Source of the DNA: a virus
Lineage: Duplodnaviria; Caudoviricetes
DNA length: 64,000 nucleotides
Strand: one strand, 5' to 3'
IMG/VR virus record: IMGVR_UViG_3300034106_004043
The number at the start of each line of letters is the position of its first letter. The first letter of the stretch is position 1. The notes below the pieces were generated by a model. It searched no databases, was not told the DNA's origin, and was given only the letters and a program-made list of their open reading frames with translations. Of this stretch, positions 19,201 through 28,676 are shown piece after piece. The position numbers and the translations under genes are program-made.

Positions 19201-22200
19201 CTTGAACCAGTACTTCCTGAAGAACCTGAACTACCACTACTTCCTGAACTTCCACTCGTACCAGCACTTCCTGATGAACCAGAACTTCCTGATGAACCGC
19301 TAGAACCTGATGTTCCAACGGAACCAGAACTACCACTTGAACCAGATGTTCCTGAACTTCCATTAGCACCTGATGTACCCGCAGAGCCAGATGACCCTGA
19401 ACTACCACTACTTCCTGAAGAACCACTTGTACCTGAACTTCCGTTAGCTCCCGATGTACCTGATGAACCACTACTTCCTGAGCTTCCGGATGACCCCGAA
19501 CTACCTGATGTACCAACAGAGCCAGAACTTCCTGAACTTCCAGTACTACCGCTAGACCCTGACGAACCACTTGTTCCTGACGAACCTGATGTTCCGCTAC
19601 TACCCGATGAACCTGAACTACCAGCACTTCCTGAAGAGCCACTTGTCCCTACTGAACCTGAAGTACCAGCACTACCACTAGAACCACTACTACCTGATGT
19701 ACCACTAGTACCCGATGTTCCTCTTGAACCTGTAGAACCTGAACTTCCGGATGAACCACTTGAACCAGAACTTCCTGAAGAACCAGATGTACCTGATGTT
19801 CCACTATTTCCTGAACTACCACTAGTACCGTTTGTACCATCAACACCACTTAATCCTGATGAACCCGAAGTACCAACAGAACCTGAACTCCCACTACTAC
19901 CCGATGAACCAGAACTTCCTGATGTACCATTTGAACCAGATGTTCCTGAACTACCACTAGTTCCTGAAGTACCGCTAGTTCCTCTTGAACCTGTACTACC
20001 AGATGACCCTGAACTTCCACTAGAACCCGATGAACCGCTAGACCCTGAAGAACCACTAGTTCCACTTGAACCTGAGCTTCCTGAAGTACCTGTACTACCC
20101 GATGAACCAGAACTTCCTGAACTACCACTAGAACCAGTACTTCCCGAAGTTCCTGATGTCCCGCTTGTACCTACAGAACCTGACGTTCCTGAGCTTCCAG
20201 TACTACCGCTAGAACCTGATGAACCTGATGTTCCACTACTACCTGATGTTCCAGTACTTCCACTTGAACCTGAACTACCACTTGAGCCAGAAGAACCAGC
20301 ACTACCTGATGTTCCTGTACTTCCTGACGAACCACTTGAGCCAGTACTTCCTGACGAACCAGATGTTCCAACACTTCCGCTTGAGCCTGATGTTCCACTA
20401 GTACCTACACTACCTGAAGTACCACTTGTACCCGATGTACCTACAGAACCCGAAGAACCTGAACTTCCACTAGTCCCCGAAGTACCTACCGAACCACTAG
20501 TCCCCGATGTTCCTGATGAACCAGATGTTCCTGACGTTCCGCTAGTTCCTGACGAACCAGAAGTTCCACTTGTTCCTCTAGAACCTGTTGAACCAGAACT
20601 TCCGCTTGAGCCTGAGCTTCCTGAAGAACCCGTACTACCACTTGAGCCAGATGAACCTGAAGTACCAGATGAACCACTTGTTCCACTACTTCCTGAACTA
20701 CCCGTTGAACCTGATGACCCACTACTACCTGAAGTTCCTGAACTTCCGCTAGTTCCCGATGTACCTGATGAACCAGAACTACCGCTAGACCCTGAACTTC
20801 CACTACTTCCTGATGTACCTGCAGAACCAGATGACCCTGAACTACCACTACTTCCACTAGAACCTGATGTTCCACTTGTACCAGTACTCCCTGAAGAACC
20901 TGATGAGCCACTACTTCCACTCGAACCTGAAGTACCAGTTGAACCCGAACTTCCACTTGTACCAGTACTCCCTGATGACCCCGCACTACCACTTGAGCCA
21001 GAGCTTCCAGATGTTCCACTAGTACCTACTGAACCTGAAGTTCCTGAAGAACCAGACGAACCTACTGAACCTGACGTTCCTGAAGTACCAACACTTCCAG
21101 ATGAACCTGATGTTCCGCTAGTTCCTCTAGAACCTGTTGAACCAGAACTTCCTGATGAACCTGAAGTTCCACTACTCCCTGATGAACCCGCACTACCACT
21201 TGAGCCAGAGCTTCCAGATGTTCCACTACTACCTGAAGTACCAACAGAACCGCTAGACCCTGACGAGCCAGCACTACCTGATGAACCTGAAGTTCCGCTT
21301 GTACCTACTGAACCCGAACTACCTGAAGAACCTGAACTTCCACTTGAGCCAGCAGAACCTGATGTTCCTGAAGAACCATTAACCCCTGATGTACCAGCAC
21401 TTCCCGCAGAACCTGATGAACCAGTACTTCCTGAGCTTCCAGCACTACCGCTAGAACCTGACGAACCACTTGTTCCTGATGAACCGCTAGTTCCAACACT
21501 ACCACTTGAACCTGATGACCCACTTGAACCAGAAGTTCCAGATGTTCCTACACTTCCACTTGTACCTGCAGAACCTGAACTTCCACTACTTCCTGATGTT
21601 CCCGAACTACCTGAAGAACCGGATGTACCTACACTACCACTAGTTCCTGAAGTACCGCTAGTTCCTCTTGAACCTGTACTACCTGAAGAGCCAGATGACC
21701 CAGAACTTCCTGAAGAACCGCTAGAACCTGAACTACCGCTAGTTCCGCTTGACCCTGATGAACCGCTAGTACCTGATGAACCGCTAGTACCTGATGTACC
21801 AACACTACCACTTGAACCAGAAGAACCTGAACTACCACTAGTCCCTGATGTACCAACACTTCCTGAACTTCCAGCACTACCGCTAGAGCCTGAAGAACCG
21901 GATGTGCCTACACTTCCCGATGAACCACTACTTCCGCTTGACCCAGATGTACCAACAGAACCAGAACTACCACTTGTTCCAGCACTACCACTAGAACCGC
22001 TACTACCTGATGTTCCTGAAGAACCGCTAGTTCCTGTTGAACCTGAACTTCCAGATGACCCAGTACTTCCCGAAGAGCCGCTAGTACCAGATGAACCCGT
22101 ACTACCACTTGAGCCTGAACTTCCTGATGTACCACTTGTACCTACTGAACCTGAGGTTCCACTTGTTCCTACACTTCCAGATGAACCTGAACTTCCACTT

Positions 22201-25200
22201 GAACCAGACGAACCTGAATTACCACTAGTTCCGCTTGACCCTGTACTTCCGCTAGAACCTGAACTTCCACTTGAACCAGAAGAACCGCTAGTACCTACGC
22301 TACCTGATGACCCTGATGTTCCCGAACTACCACTAGAACCTGAAGTTCCAGAACTTCCTGAACTACCAGTCGAGCCAGAACTTCCTGATGAACCACTACT
22401 ACCGCTAGTACCTGAACTACCCGTACTTCCAGATGAACCTGAAGTTCCCGATGTACCTACACTACCACTTGAACCTGATGTTCCAGTACTTCCTGACGTA
22501 CCACTTGTCCCAACACTTCCTGATGTACCACTAGAACCTGATGTTCCTGAAGAACCGCTAGTTCCTCTTGAACCTGTTGACCCTGAACTTCCTGATGAAC
22601 CAGAACTTCCACTTGAACCGGATGAGCCACTTGTACCTGATGAACCGCTAGTTCCAACACTTCCACTTGAACCAGAACTTCCTGAACTTCCACTTGTACC
22701 AGATGTACCTGACGAACCTGATGTCCCAACAGAACCAGAACTTCCTGAGCTTCCAGCACTTCCGCTAGAACCTGACGAACCACTTGAACCTGATGTACCT
22801 GAACTTCCGTTAGCACCTGATGTACCCGACGAACCACTTGAACCAGATGACCCCGTACTTCCACTACTTCCTGAAGAACCAGAAGTTCCAGAACTTCCGC
22901 TTGTTCCTACACTACCACTAGACCCTGAAGAACCACTTGAACCAGATGTTCCACTAGTTCCAGAAGTACCAACACTACCACTTGAGCCAGATGTTCCGCT
23001 AGTTCCTACACTACCTGAAGAACCTGATGTTCCACTAGTACCTACACTACCCGATGAACCTGATGTTCCAACACTACCACTTGAACCTGAACTACCTGAA
23101 GAACCAGAACTACCTGATGTTCCTGAGGTTCCAGTACTTCCACTAGAACCTGCACTTCCTGAAGAACCACTTGAACCTGATGTACCAGAAGTTCCAACGC
23201 TACCACTACTACCTGAACTTCCACTTGAGCCGGTAATACCTGAAGTTCCACTTGAACCTGAACTACCTGATGAACCGCTAGTCCCTGTTGAACCAGAGGT
23301 TCCACTAGTTCCTGTACTTCCGCTAGAGCCTGAACTACCGCTAGTACCTACACTACCCGACGTACCAGAGCTTCCTGAAGACCCTGTACTTCCACTTGTA
23401 CCTGATGTTCCAGTTGAACCACTTGTTCCTGAAGTCCCCGTTGAACCTGATGTACCACTAGTTCCTGTACTTCCACTTGAACCGCTAGTTCCTGAAGTAC
23501 CCGATGTTCCTCTTGAACCTGTAGAACCTGAACTTCCGGATGAACCACTTGAACCAGAACTTCCTGAAGAACCAGATGTTCCTACACTTCCACTTGTACC
23601 AGCTGAACCTGAACTACCAGAACTTCCTGAAGACCCACTAGAACCTGATGTTCCTGAAGAACCACTTGTACCTACTGAACCTGAACTTCCTGAAGAGCCA
23701 CTTGTACCTACTGAACCTGAACTTCCAGCACTACCACTAGACCCTGAACTTCCACTGCTTCCATTGGCTCCCGATGTACCTGATGAACCAGAAGTTCCGC
23801 TAGAACCTGATGAACCAGAAGTTCCCGAAGTGCCTGATGTTCCACTTGTACCACGACTTCCTGTAGAACCAGAACTTCCTGATGAACCAGTACTACCACT
23901 ACTTCCTGACGTACCACTAGTACCACTTGAGCCAGATGTTCCTGAAGAACCTGAGCTTCCAGCACTACCACTACTTCCACTTGTTCCCGTAGAACCTGAA
24001 CTACCAGCACTACCGCTAGACCCTGAACTTCCACTACTTCCTGATGTACCAGCCGAACCACTTGTTCCTGTAGACCCAGACGAACCACTTGAACCCGAAC
24101 TTCCTGAAGAACCACTTGAACCTGTTGAGCCAGAAGAACCTGAGGTTCCTGAACTACCACTTGAGCCACTAGTTCCAGTACTTCCCGAAGAACCTGAAGT
24201 ACCTACACTTCCTGACGAGCCAGATGTTCCTGAACTTCCAGTACTACCACTTGAACCCGAAGTACCACTTGTACCTGAGCTTCCAGCGCTTCCGCTAGAA
24301 CCTGACGAACCACTAGTTCCTGAAGTACCCACACTTCCCGAACTTCCACTTGAACCTGAAGACCCAGTTGAACCCGATGTTCCACTTGTACCTGAACTTC
24401 CACTATTTCCTGACGAACCGCTAGAACCTGACGTTCCACTAGTACCCGAAGTTCCTGATGTACCAACACTACCAGATGAACCTGAACTACCTGATGTTCC
24501 TGAGGTTCCATTAGTGCCGCTTGAACCAGATGTTCCTACACTTCCTGAGCTTCCACTAGTACCTGAAGTACCTACACTTCCTGAGGAACCAGATGTTCCG
24601 CTTGTACCTACAGAACCACTTGTTCCTGAAGAACCTGACGTACCAGTAGAACCACTTGTTCCTGAAGAACCTGACGTACCAGTAGAACCACTTGAACCTG
24701 TGCTACCGCTAGAACCTGACGTTCCTGAGCTTCCAGCGCTACCGCTAGAACCTGATGAACCACTTGTTCCAGATGTTCCGCTAGTTCCTACTGAACCAGA
24801 CGTTCCACTAGTTCCAACAGAACCAGAACTTCCTGATGTTCCGCTAGTTCCTCTTGAACCCGTACTACCTGAAGAACCAGAACTTCCCGATGAACCGCTA
24901 GTACCTGAACTACCTGTTGAACCTGAACTTCCACTTGAGCCAGATGAACCTGAAGTACCACTTGTTCCTACACTTCCACTTGTACCGGCAGAACCAGAAC
25001 TTCCCGATGAACCACTTGTTCCTGATGTGCCAGAAGTTCCAACACTTCCACTAGAACCAGATGTTCCGCTACTTCCTGAACTACCTGAAGACCCACTTGA
25101 ACCTGAAGTTCCGCTAGTACCTGTAGTTCCTGATGAACCACTAGTACCTGAAGAACCTGATGTCCCACTTGTTCCCGCAGTTCCTGAAGAACCTGAAGAA

Positions 25201-28200
25201 CCTGAAGTTCCACTTGAACCGCTAGTTCCCGATGTTCCTGTTGTACCTGAAGTTCCGCTTGTACCTGACGAACCTGAAGTTCCACTTGTTCCTGTAGTAC
25301 CGCTTGTGCCTGATGAACCTGACGTTCCACTCGTACCTGAAGAACCACTAGTTCCCGATGTTCCTGTTGTTCCGCTAGTTCCTGAGGAGCCTGAAGTACC
25401 ACTTGTACCTGAACTACCCGATGTTCCACTTGTTCCTGCAGTACCACTAGTTCCTGACGAACCGCTAGTACCACTCGTTCCTGATGAACCTGATGTTCCT
25501 GAAGTACCACTTGAACCTGAAGTTCCGCTAGTACCTGAAGAACCACTTGTTCCGCTTGTACCTGTTGTACCTGATGTTCCTGAACTTCCCGATGTTCCGC
25601 TAGTTCCCGAAGAACCACTTGTACCTGAGGTACCTGTAGTCCCACTTGTTCCTGAAGAACCTGATGTACCACTTGTACCTGTTGTCCCTGATGAACCACT
25701 AGTTCCAGAAGTTCCACTTGAGCCTGATGTTCCGCTTGTTCCTGAAGAACCTGATGTCCCACTTGTTCCACTTGAACCGCTAGTTCCCGATGTTCCTGTT
25801 GTACCCGAAGTTCCTGATGAACCTGAAGTTCCGCTTGTACCTGTTGTTCCGCTAGTACCTGAAGAACCACTTGTACCTGACGAACCTGAAGTTCCACTTG
25901 TTCCTGAAGAACCACTAGTTCCCGATGTTCCTGTTGTACCCGAAGTTCCTGAACTACCCGAAGTTCCGCTAGTCCCTGTTGTTCCACTTGAACCTGATGT
26001 TCCACTTGTTCCCGAAGTACCACTTGAACCTGACGTTCCGCTAGTTCCTGATGTTCCACTTGTTCCTGTTGTACCGCTAGTTCCTGAAGAACCTGAAGTA
26101 CCACTAGAACCTGAAGTTCCGCTAGTACCACTTGTTCCTGATGAACCTGAAGTTCCACTAGTACCTGTAGTACCTGATGTACCACTAGAGCCACTTGTAC
26201 CCGATGAGCCTGAAGTACCACTTGTACCCGTAGTGCCTGATGTACCACTTGAACCTGAAGTTCCGCTTGTTCCTGACGAACCTGAAGTTCCGCTAGTACC
26301 TGTAGTACCTGATGAACCGCTAGTACCACTTGTTCCTGAACTACCTGAAGTACCACTTGTTCCTGTAGTACCGCTAGTTCCTGAAGAACCTGATGTACCA
26401 CTCGTACCTGAAGAACCCGAAGTTCCGCTAGTACCCGATGAACCTGAAGTTCCACTTGTTCCTGTAGTACCGCTAGTTCCTGACGAACCCGAAGTTCCGC
26501 TAGTTCCTGATGTTCCTGAAGAACCGCTAGTTCCACTTGAACCCGATGTTCCACTCGTACCCGATGAGCCTGAAGTACCACTTGTTCCTGTAGTACCACT
26601 TGTTCCCGATGAACCTGATGTTCCGCTTGTGCCTGAAGAGCCTGATGTTCCGCTTGTTCCCGTAGTACCTGATGTCCCACTAGAACCTGAAGTTCCGCTA
26701 GTCCCTGATGAACCCGAGGTACCTGAAGTACCACTTGTTCCTGAAGAACCTGACGTACCACTCGTACCTGTAGTTCCAGATGTGCCTGAAGAACCACTTG
26801 TACCACTACTTCCTGATGTTCCTGAAGAACCGCTAGTACCCGATGTACCCGAGCTACCTGATGTACCGCTCGTACCCGATGAGCCTGAACTACCACTTGT
26901 ACCTGAACTACCACTTGAGCCAGATGTACCATCACTACCACTAGACCCTGAACTTCCTGACGTGCCACTTGAACCTGAAGTTCCTGATGAACCAGTTAAA
27001 CCAGAACTACCTGATGAACCTGAACTACCAGTAGAACCTGATGTACCACTACTTCCTGAAGAACCTGTTGTTCCACTTGTACCACTAGTACCACTAGTAC
27101 CAGCACTTCCTGAAGAACCTGAAGAACCTGTTGTTCCACTTGTACCACTAGTACCTGCACTTCCTGAAGAACCTGATGTTCCACTAGTACCATTAGTTCC
27201 TGAAGTACCCGAACTTCCCGAAGAACCAGATGTACCTGTAGTCCCACTAGTTCCTGATGTTCCTGAAGAACCAGAACTTCCCGATGAACCACTTGTTCCT
27301 GTTGTTCCACTAGTACCTGAACTGCCACTTGAACCATTTACCCCACTACTACCTGAACTACCACTTGAACCACTAATTCCTGAAGAACCTGATGTTCCCG
27401 ATGAACCACTTGTTCCGCTTTCACCTGATGTTCCTGACGAACCACTTGTCCCGCTTTGTCCTGATGTTCCACTTGAACCACTTGTCCCGCTTTGTCCTGA
27501 TGTTCCACTTGAACCTGTTAATCCACTACTACCTGACGAACCTGTTGAGCCAGAGCTACCACTAGTACCAGTACTACCTGATGTACCCGATGAACCACTT
27601 GAACCTGAACTTCCCGATGAACCACTTGAACCTGAAGTTCCTGAACTTCCGCTTGTACCAGAACTTCCCGAAGAACCTGACGTTCCACTTGTTCCCACAC
27701 TTCCTGAAGAACCTGAGGAGCCAGATGTTCCTGATGTACCCGAAGAACCTCCAGTACCTGATAGTCCTGATGAACCACTTGTACCTGATGTTCCACTTGC
27801 ACCATCAACACCATTAATACCTGATGTTCCAGCACTACCTGAACTACCGCTAGTTCCAGTACTTCCCGAAGAACCGCTATCCCCTGATGAACCAGACGTT
27901 CCACTTGTTCCTGATGTACCCGCAGAACCAGAACTACCTGATGAACCAGAACTACCTGAAGTTCCACTTGTACCTGCTGAACCTGAAGAACCAGAGCTAC
28001 CTGAAGAACCACTTGTACCCGCAGAACCTGATGTTCCAGAACTACCATTAGAACCAGATGCCGTAATACCTGTTACAGAAATAATAGTTCCATCACTATT
28101 ATATAATTCTAATGTACTTGTACCTGAAAAATAAGTACCACCCGTTAATTCAGTACCTTGAGCAAAAACTCTCCATCTCGCATTTTCTCTTGTAACACCA

Positions 28201-28676
28201 CTAACACCTTCAATAGTTGAGCCTGTCCAAGCATTAATAAATGCCTGACCTTCAGGTGTATTATTCTTTATAATAGTTTCGTAAGATAATTGAGTTACAG
28301 AATTAGCACTTACTGCAGCATCCCATAAATCATTGTAATTGTCTATTTGATATTGATATGCCGTTTCAGTTTCATTAACCCAAACAATCATACCCAATCT
28401 TCTTCTACCCGAAGAGAAATTGTCAGAATTTAAAGTTAAATATGTTGGAGAAAATGTACCGTTACCAATGTTAATATTAATAGGTATATTATTAACACTT
28501 AATTGTTGTTGTCCTTGCCCACTAAATGTTAAACCTAAATTAGTAAGGTATGCCGCCTCTTGCCATCCACCAACATTTAAAACATTAAAATTGGTTCCGT
28601 ATGGACTTGTTCTCGCTACACTGAAAGGTCCTGTAATTTGGGACGCACTTATTGGATTTTGATACGGTATTGCCAT
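16269..28676 (-). CDS. giant collagen-like (Gly-Ser/Thr-Ser)n fibre protein, 4135 aa
   Basis: ~207-aa N-terminal domain shared with 37487-39721; aa 208-3971 are Gly-X-Y repeats; small C-terminal globular domain and LGLVYTTANNFNFI tail. Confidence 0.85.
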   Translation of the reverse strand: MAIPYQNPISASQITGPFSVARTSPYGTNFNVLNVGGWQEAAYLTNLGLTFSGQGQQQLSVNNIPININIGNGTFSPTYLTLNSDNFSSGRRRLGMIVWVNETETAYQYQIDNYNDLWDAAVSANSVTQLSYETIIKNNTPEGQAFINAWTGSTIEGVSGVTRENARWRVFAQGTELTGGTYFSGTSTLELYNSDGTIISVTGITASGSNGSSGTSGSAGTSGSSGSSGSSGSAGTSGTSGSSGSSGSSGSAGTSGTSGTSGSSGDSGSSGSTGTSGSSGSAGTSGINGVDGASGTSGTSGSSGLSGTGGSSGTSGTSGSSGSSGSVGTSGTSGSSGSSGTSGSSGTSGSSGSSGSSGSSGSSGTSGSTGTSGSSGSTGSSGSSGLTGSSGTSGQSGTSGSSGTSGQSGTSGSSGTSGESGTSGSSGTSGSSGISGSSGSSGSSGVNGSSGSSGTSGTTGTSGSSGSSGSSGTSGTSGTTGTSGSSGSSGTSGTNGTSGTSGSSGSAGTSGTSGTTGSSGSSGSAGTSGTSGTSGTTGSSGSSGTSGSTGSSGSSGSSGLTGSSGTSGSSGTSGSSGSSGSDGTSGSSGSSGTSGSSGSSGTSGTSGSSGTSGTSGSSGTSGSSGTSGSSGTSGTTGTSGTSGSSGTSGTSGTSGSSGTSGTSGSSGTSGTTGTSGTSGSSGTSGTSGSSGTSGTTGTSGTSGSSGTSGTSGSSGTSGSSGTSGTSGTSGSSGTSGTTGTSGTSGSSGTSGTSGSSGTSGTSGSSGTSGTTGTSGTSGSSGTSGTSGSSGTTGTSGTSGSSGTSGTSGSSGTSGTTGTSGTSGSSGTSGSSGTSGTTGTSGTSGSSGTSGTSGTSGSSGTSGSSGTSGTTGTSGTSGTSGTSGSSGTSGTSGTSGSSGTTGTSGTSGSSGTSGTTGTSGTSGSSGTSGTSGSSGTSGSSGTSGTTGTSGTSGSSGTSGTTGTSGTSGSSGTSGTSGSSGTSGTSGSSGTSGTSGSSGTTGTSGTSGSSGTSGTTGTSGTSGSSGTSGTSGSSGTSGTTGTSGTSGSSGTSGTSGSSGTSGTSGSSGTSGTSGSSGTSGTAGTSGTSGSSGTSGTSGSSGTSGTTGTSGTSGSSGTSGTSGSSGTSGTTGTSGTSGSSGTSGTSGTTGTSGTSGSSGTSGSSGSSGTAGTSGTSGSSGTSGSSGTTGTSGTSGSSGSSGSSGSSGTSGSSGSVGTSGTSGTSGSSGSSGSAGTSGSVGTSGTSGSSGSSGSSGSTGSSGTSGSSGSSGSSGSTGSRGTSGTSGSSGSVGTSGTSGSVGTSGTSGTSGSSGSSGSAGSSGTSGSSGSTGSSGSTGTSGSSGTSGSTGTSGSSGTSGSVGTSGTSGSSGSVGTSGTSGSSGSVGTSGSSGTNGTSGTSGSSGSSGSVGTSGTSGTSGTSGSSGSSGNSGSSGTSGTSGSTGSSGSSGSSGSVGTSGTSGSSGSSGSAGSSGTSGTSGSSGSTGSSGTSGSSGSVGTSGSSGSTGTSGSSGSSGTSGSSGSTGSSGSSGSSGSSGSSGSTGTSGSAGTSGSSGSSGSSGSAGSSGSTGTSGSSGSAGSSGSSGTSGSSGTSGTSGSSGSTGSSGSSGSTGSRGTSGTSGTSGTSGSSGSSGTSGSSGTSGANGSSGSSGSSGSAGSSGSVGTSGSSGSSGSVGTSGSSGTSGSSGSSGSSGSSGSAGTSGSVGTSGSSGSSGSSGSSGSSGSTGSRGTSGTSGTSGSSGSTGTSGTSGSTGTSGTSGSTGTSGTSGSTGSSGSSGTSGSVGTSGSSGSSGSTGTSGTSGSTGTSGSSGSSGSSGTSGITGSSGSSGSSGSVGTSGTSGSSGSSGSAGSSGSTGTSGTSGSSGSSGSSGSSGSVGTSGSSGSVGTSGTSGSSGSVGTSGTSGSSGSVGTSGTSGTSGSSGSSGSSGSVGTSGSSGTSGSSGSSGSTGSSGSSGSSGTSGANGSSGTSGSSGSSGSSGSAGSSGSSGSVGTSGSSGTSGTSGSSGSSGSSGSVGTSGSSGTSGSSGSSGSSGSSGSSGSTGSRGTSGSSGTSGSSGTSGSVGTSGTSGSTGTSGSSGSVGTSGTSGSSGSTGSSGTSGSSGSSGSSGSTGSSGSSGTSGSSGSSGTSGSSGSVGTSGSSGSSGSSGSSGSTGSSGTSGNSGSSGSSGSSGSSGSVGTSGTSGSVGTSGTSGSSGSSGSTGSSGTSGSSGSTGSSGSSGSTGTSGSSGTSGSSGSSGSAGTSGSSGSVGTSGSSGSSGSSGSVGTSGSSGSSGSAGSSGSVGTSGTSGSSGSSGSSGSVGTSGTSGSSGTSGSSGSSGTSGSSGSSGSSGSSGSSGSSGSTGSRGTSGTSGTSGSVGTSGSSGSSGTSGSSGSSGSAGTSGSVGTSGTSGSSGSSGSSGSVGTSGSSGTSGSSGSSGSAGSSGSTGSSGSAGSAGTSGVNGSSGTSGSAGSSGSSGSSGSSGSVGTSGTSGSSGSAGSSGSSGSVGTSGSSGTSGSSGSSGSAGSSGSSGTSGSSGSSGSTGSRGTSGTSGSSGSVGTSGTSGSVGSSGSSGTSGSVGTSGTSGSSGSSGSAGSSGSTGTSGSSGSTGTSGSSGSSGSSGSSGSTGTSGTSGSSGSSGSSGSSGSAGTSGSSGSSGSSGSSGSSGTSGTSGSSGTSGSSGSSGSTGSSGSSGTSGSSGTSGSSGSSGSTGSSGSSGSSGSSGSTGSRGTSGTSGSSGTSGTSGTSGSSGTSGTSGSVGTSGTSGSSGSSGSVGTSGTSGTSGSVGTSGTSGSSGSVGTSGSSGSTGSSGSSGSTGTSGSAGSSGSSGSSGSSGSTGTSGSSGTSGSSGSSGSTGSSGTSGSVGTSGTSGTSGSTGSSGSSGSSGSSGSTGTSGSSGSSGTSGSSGSSGSSGSSGSSGSSGSTGSRGTSGTSGTSGSSGTSGSNGTSGSSGSSGSSGSSGSVGTSGSSGLSGVDGTNGTSGSSGNSGTSGTSGSSGSSGSSGSSGSSGSTGSRGTSGTSGTSGSSGSSGSAGTSGSVGTSGSSGSAGSSGSSGSSGTSGSSGTSGSSGSSGSTGSSGSSGSVGTSGSSGSSGSSGSSGSSGTSGANGSSGTSGSSGSSGSSGSSGSAGTSGANGSSGTSGSSGSSGSVGTSGSSGSSGSSGSSGSAGTSGSSGSSGSSGSSGSTGSRGTSGTSGTSGSSGSSGSSGSSGTSGTNGSSGTSGSSGSSGSAGSSGSSGTSGANGSSGTSGSSGSSGSAGSSGSSGSTGTSGSSGSSGSTGSSGSSGTSGSSGSSGSSGSSGSAGSSGTSGANGSSGTSGSSGSSGSSGSSGSSGSVGTSGSSGSSGSSGSSGSTGSRGTSGSSGTSGTSGTSGSSGSSGSSGTSGSNGSSGTSGSSGSSGSSGSSGSSGSSGTSGANGSSGTSGSSGSSGSSGSTGSSGSAGTSGANGSSGTSGSSGSSGSAGSSGSSGSSGTSGVNGSSGTSGTSGSSGSSGSSGSSGSAGTSGANGSSGTSGSSGSSGTSGSSGSSGSSGSSGSSGSSGASGSSGTSGSSGSSGSSGSSGSAGTSGSVGTSGSSGSAGSSGSSGSSGSSGSTGSRGTSGTSGTSGSSGSTGTSGSSGTSGSSGSTGSSGSSGSAGTSGSVGTSGSSGSAGSSGSSGNTGSSGTSGSSGTSGSSGSSGSSGSSGNSGSSGTSGSSGTSGSSGSSGSSGSSGSSGSAGSSGTSGSSGTSGSSGSSGSSGSSGSSGSTGSRGTSGTSGSSGSSGTSGSSGTSGSGGSSGSSGSSGNTGSSGTSGSSGTSGSSGSAGSSGSSGNTGSSGTSGSSGTSGSSGSSGSSGSTGTSGSSGTSGSSGSSGSSGNTGSSGTSGSSGTSGSSGSSGSSGSSGSSGITGSSGTSGSSGSAGSSGSSGSGSSGTSGLDGISGTSGSSGFGSSGTSGSSGTSGSSGSSGSSGTSGSSGSSGSSGSSGTSGSSGSSGSSGSSGSSGSTGSRGTSGSSGTSGSQGNKGGLQYQYGGGTGGAPASGQFTYQGAGVAVYDLKFDVVTADSADLSDYFLNLVGTQGIVYLIFNLNGSNKIDIYYFNNVSVSGSDYLFTGALYTNGGDTTLTVNDVCAVTIIVNGTSGTSGSSGTSGSSGITGSSGTSGAAGAAGGTFTLGLVYTTANNFNFI
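16764..28055 (-). repeat. 9-nt-period coding repeat (~1,250 Gly-X-Y triplets), synonymously diversified
   Basis: CC recurs every 9 nt on the plus strand. Distances between landmark Arg codons from 17515 to 24850, and on to 28055, are exact multiples of 9 nt. Two register breaks lie near 16985 and 17045. Confidence 0.95.

Noticed and set aside
16676-28048. Many Val/Gln/Leu/Glu-rich minus-strand ORFs in other frames (e.g. 24968-26968, 18056-19642)
   Set aside because: Out-of-frame readings of the same 9-nt repeat, with no independent features.
18240-28050. N-G-S/T N-glycosylation sequons in the giant repeat
   Set aside because: Any Asn at the Y position automatically yields N-G-S/T in this composition, and no oligosaccharyltransferase is present.
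16764-28055. Possible CRISPR array, with the 536-1393 nuclease as Cas4
   Set aside because: The repeat is a 9-nt coding periodicity with no repeat-spacer structure, and no other cas genes are present.
16780-28134. 3,784-aa plus-strand Pro/Glu/Val/Leu ORF antisense to the giant fibre
   Set aside because: In this shifted antisense frame a stop needs sense codons starting TA or CA (Tyr, His, Gln), which the Gly/Ser/Thr repeat almost lacks, so the open frame is forced by composition. The same applies to 38328-39002 and 16315-16506.
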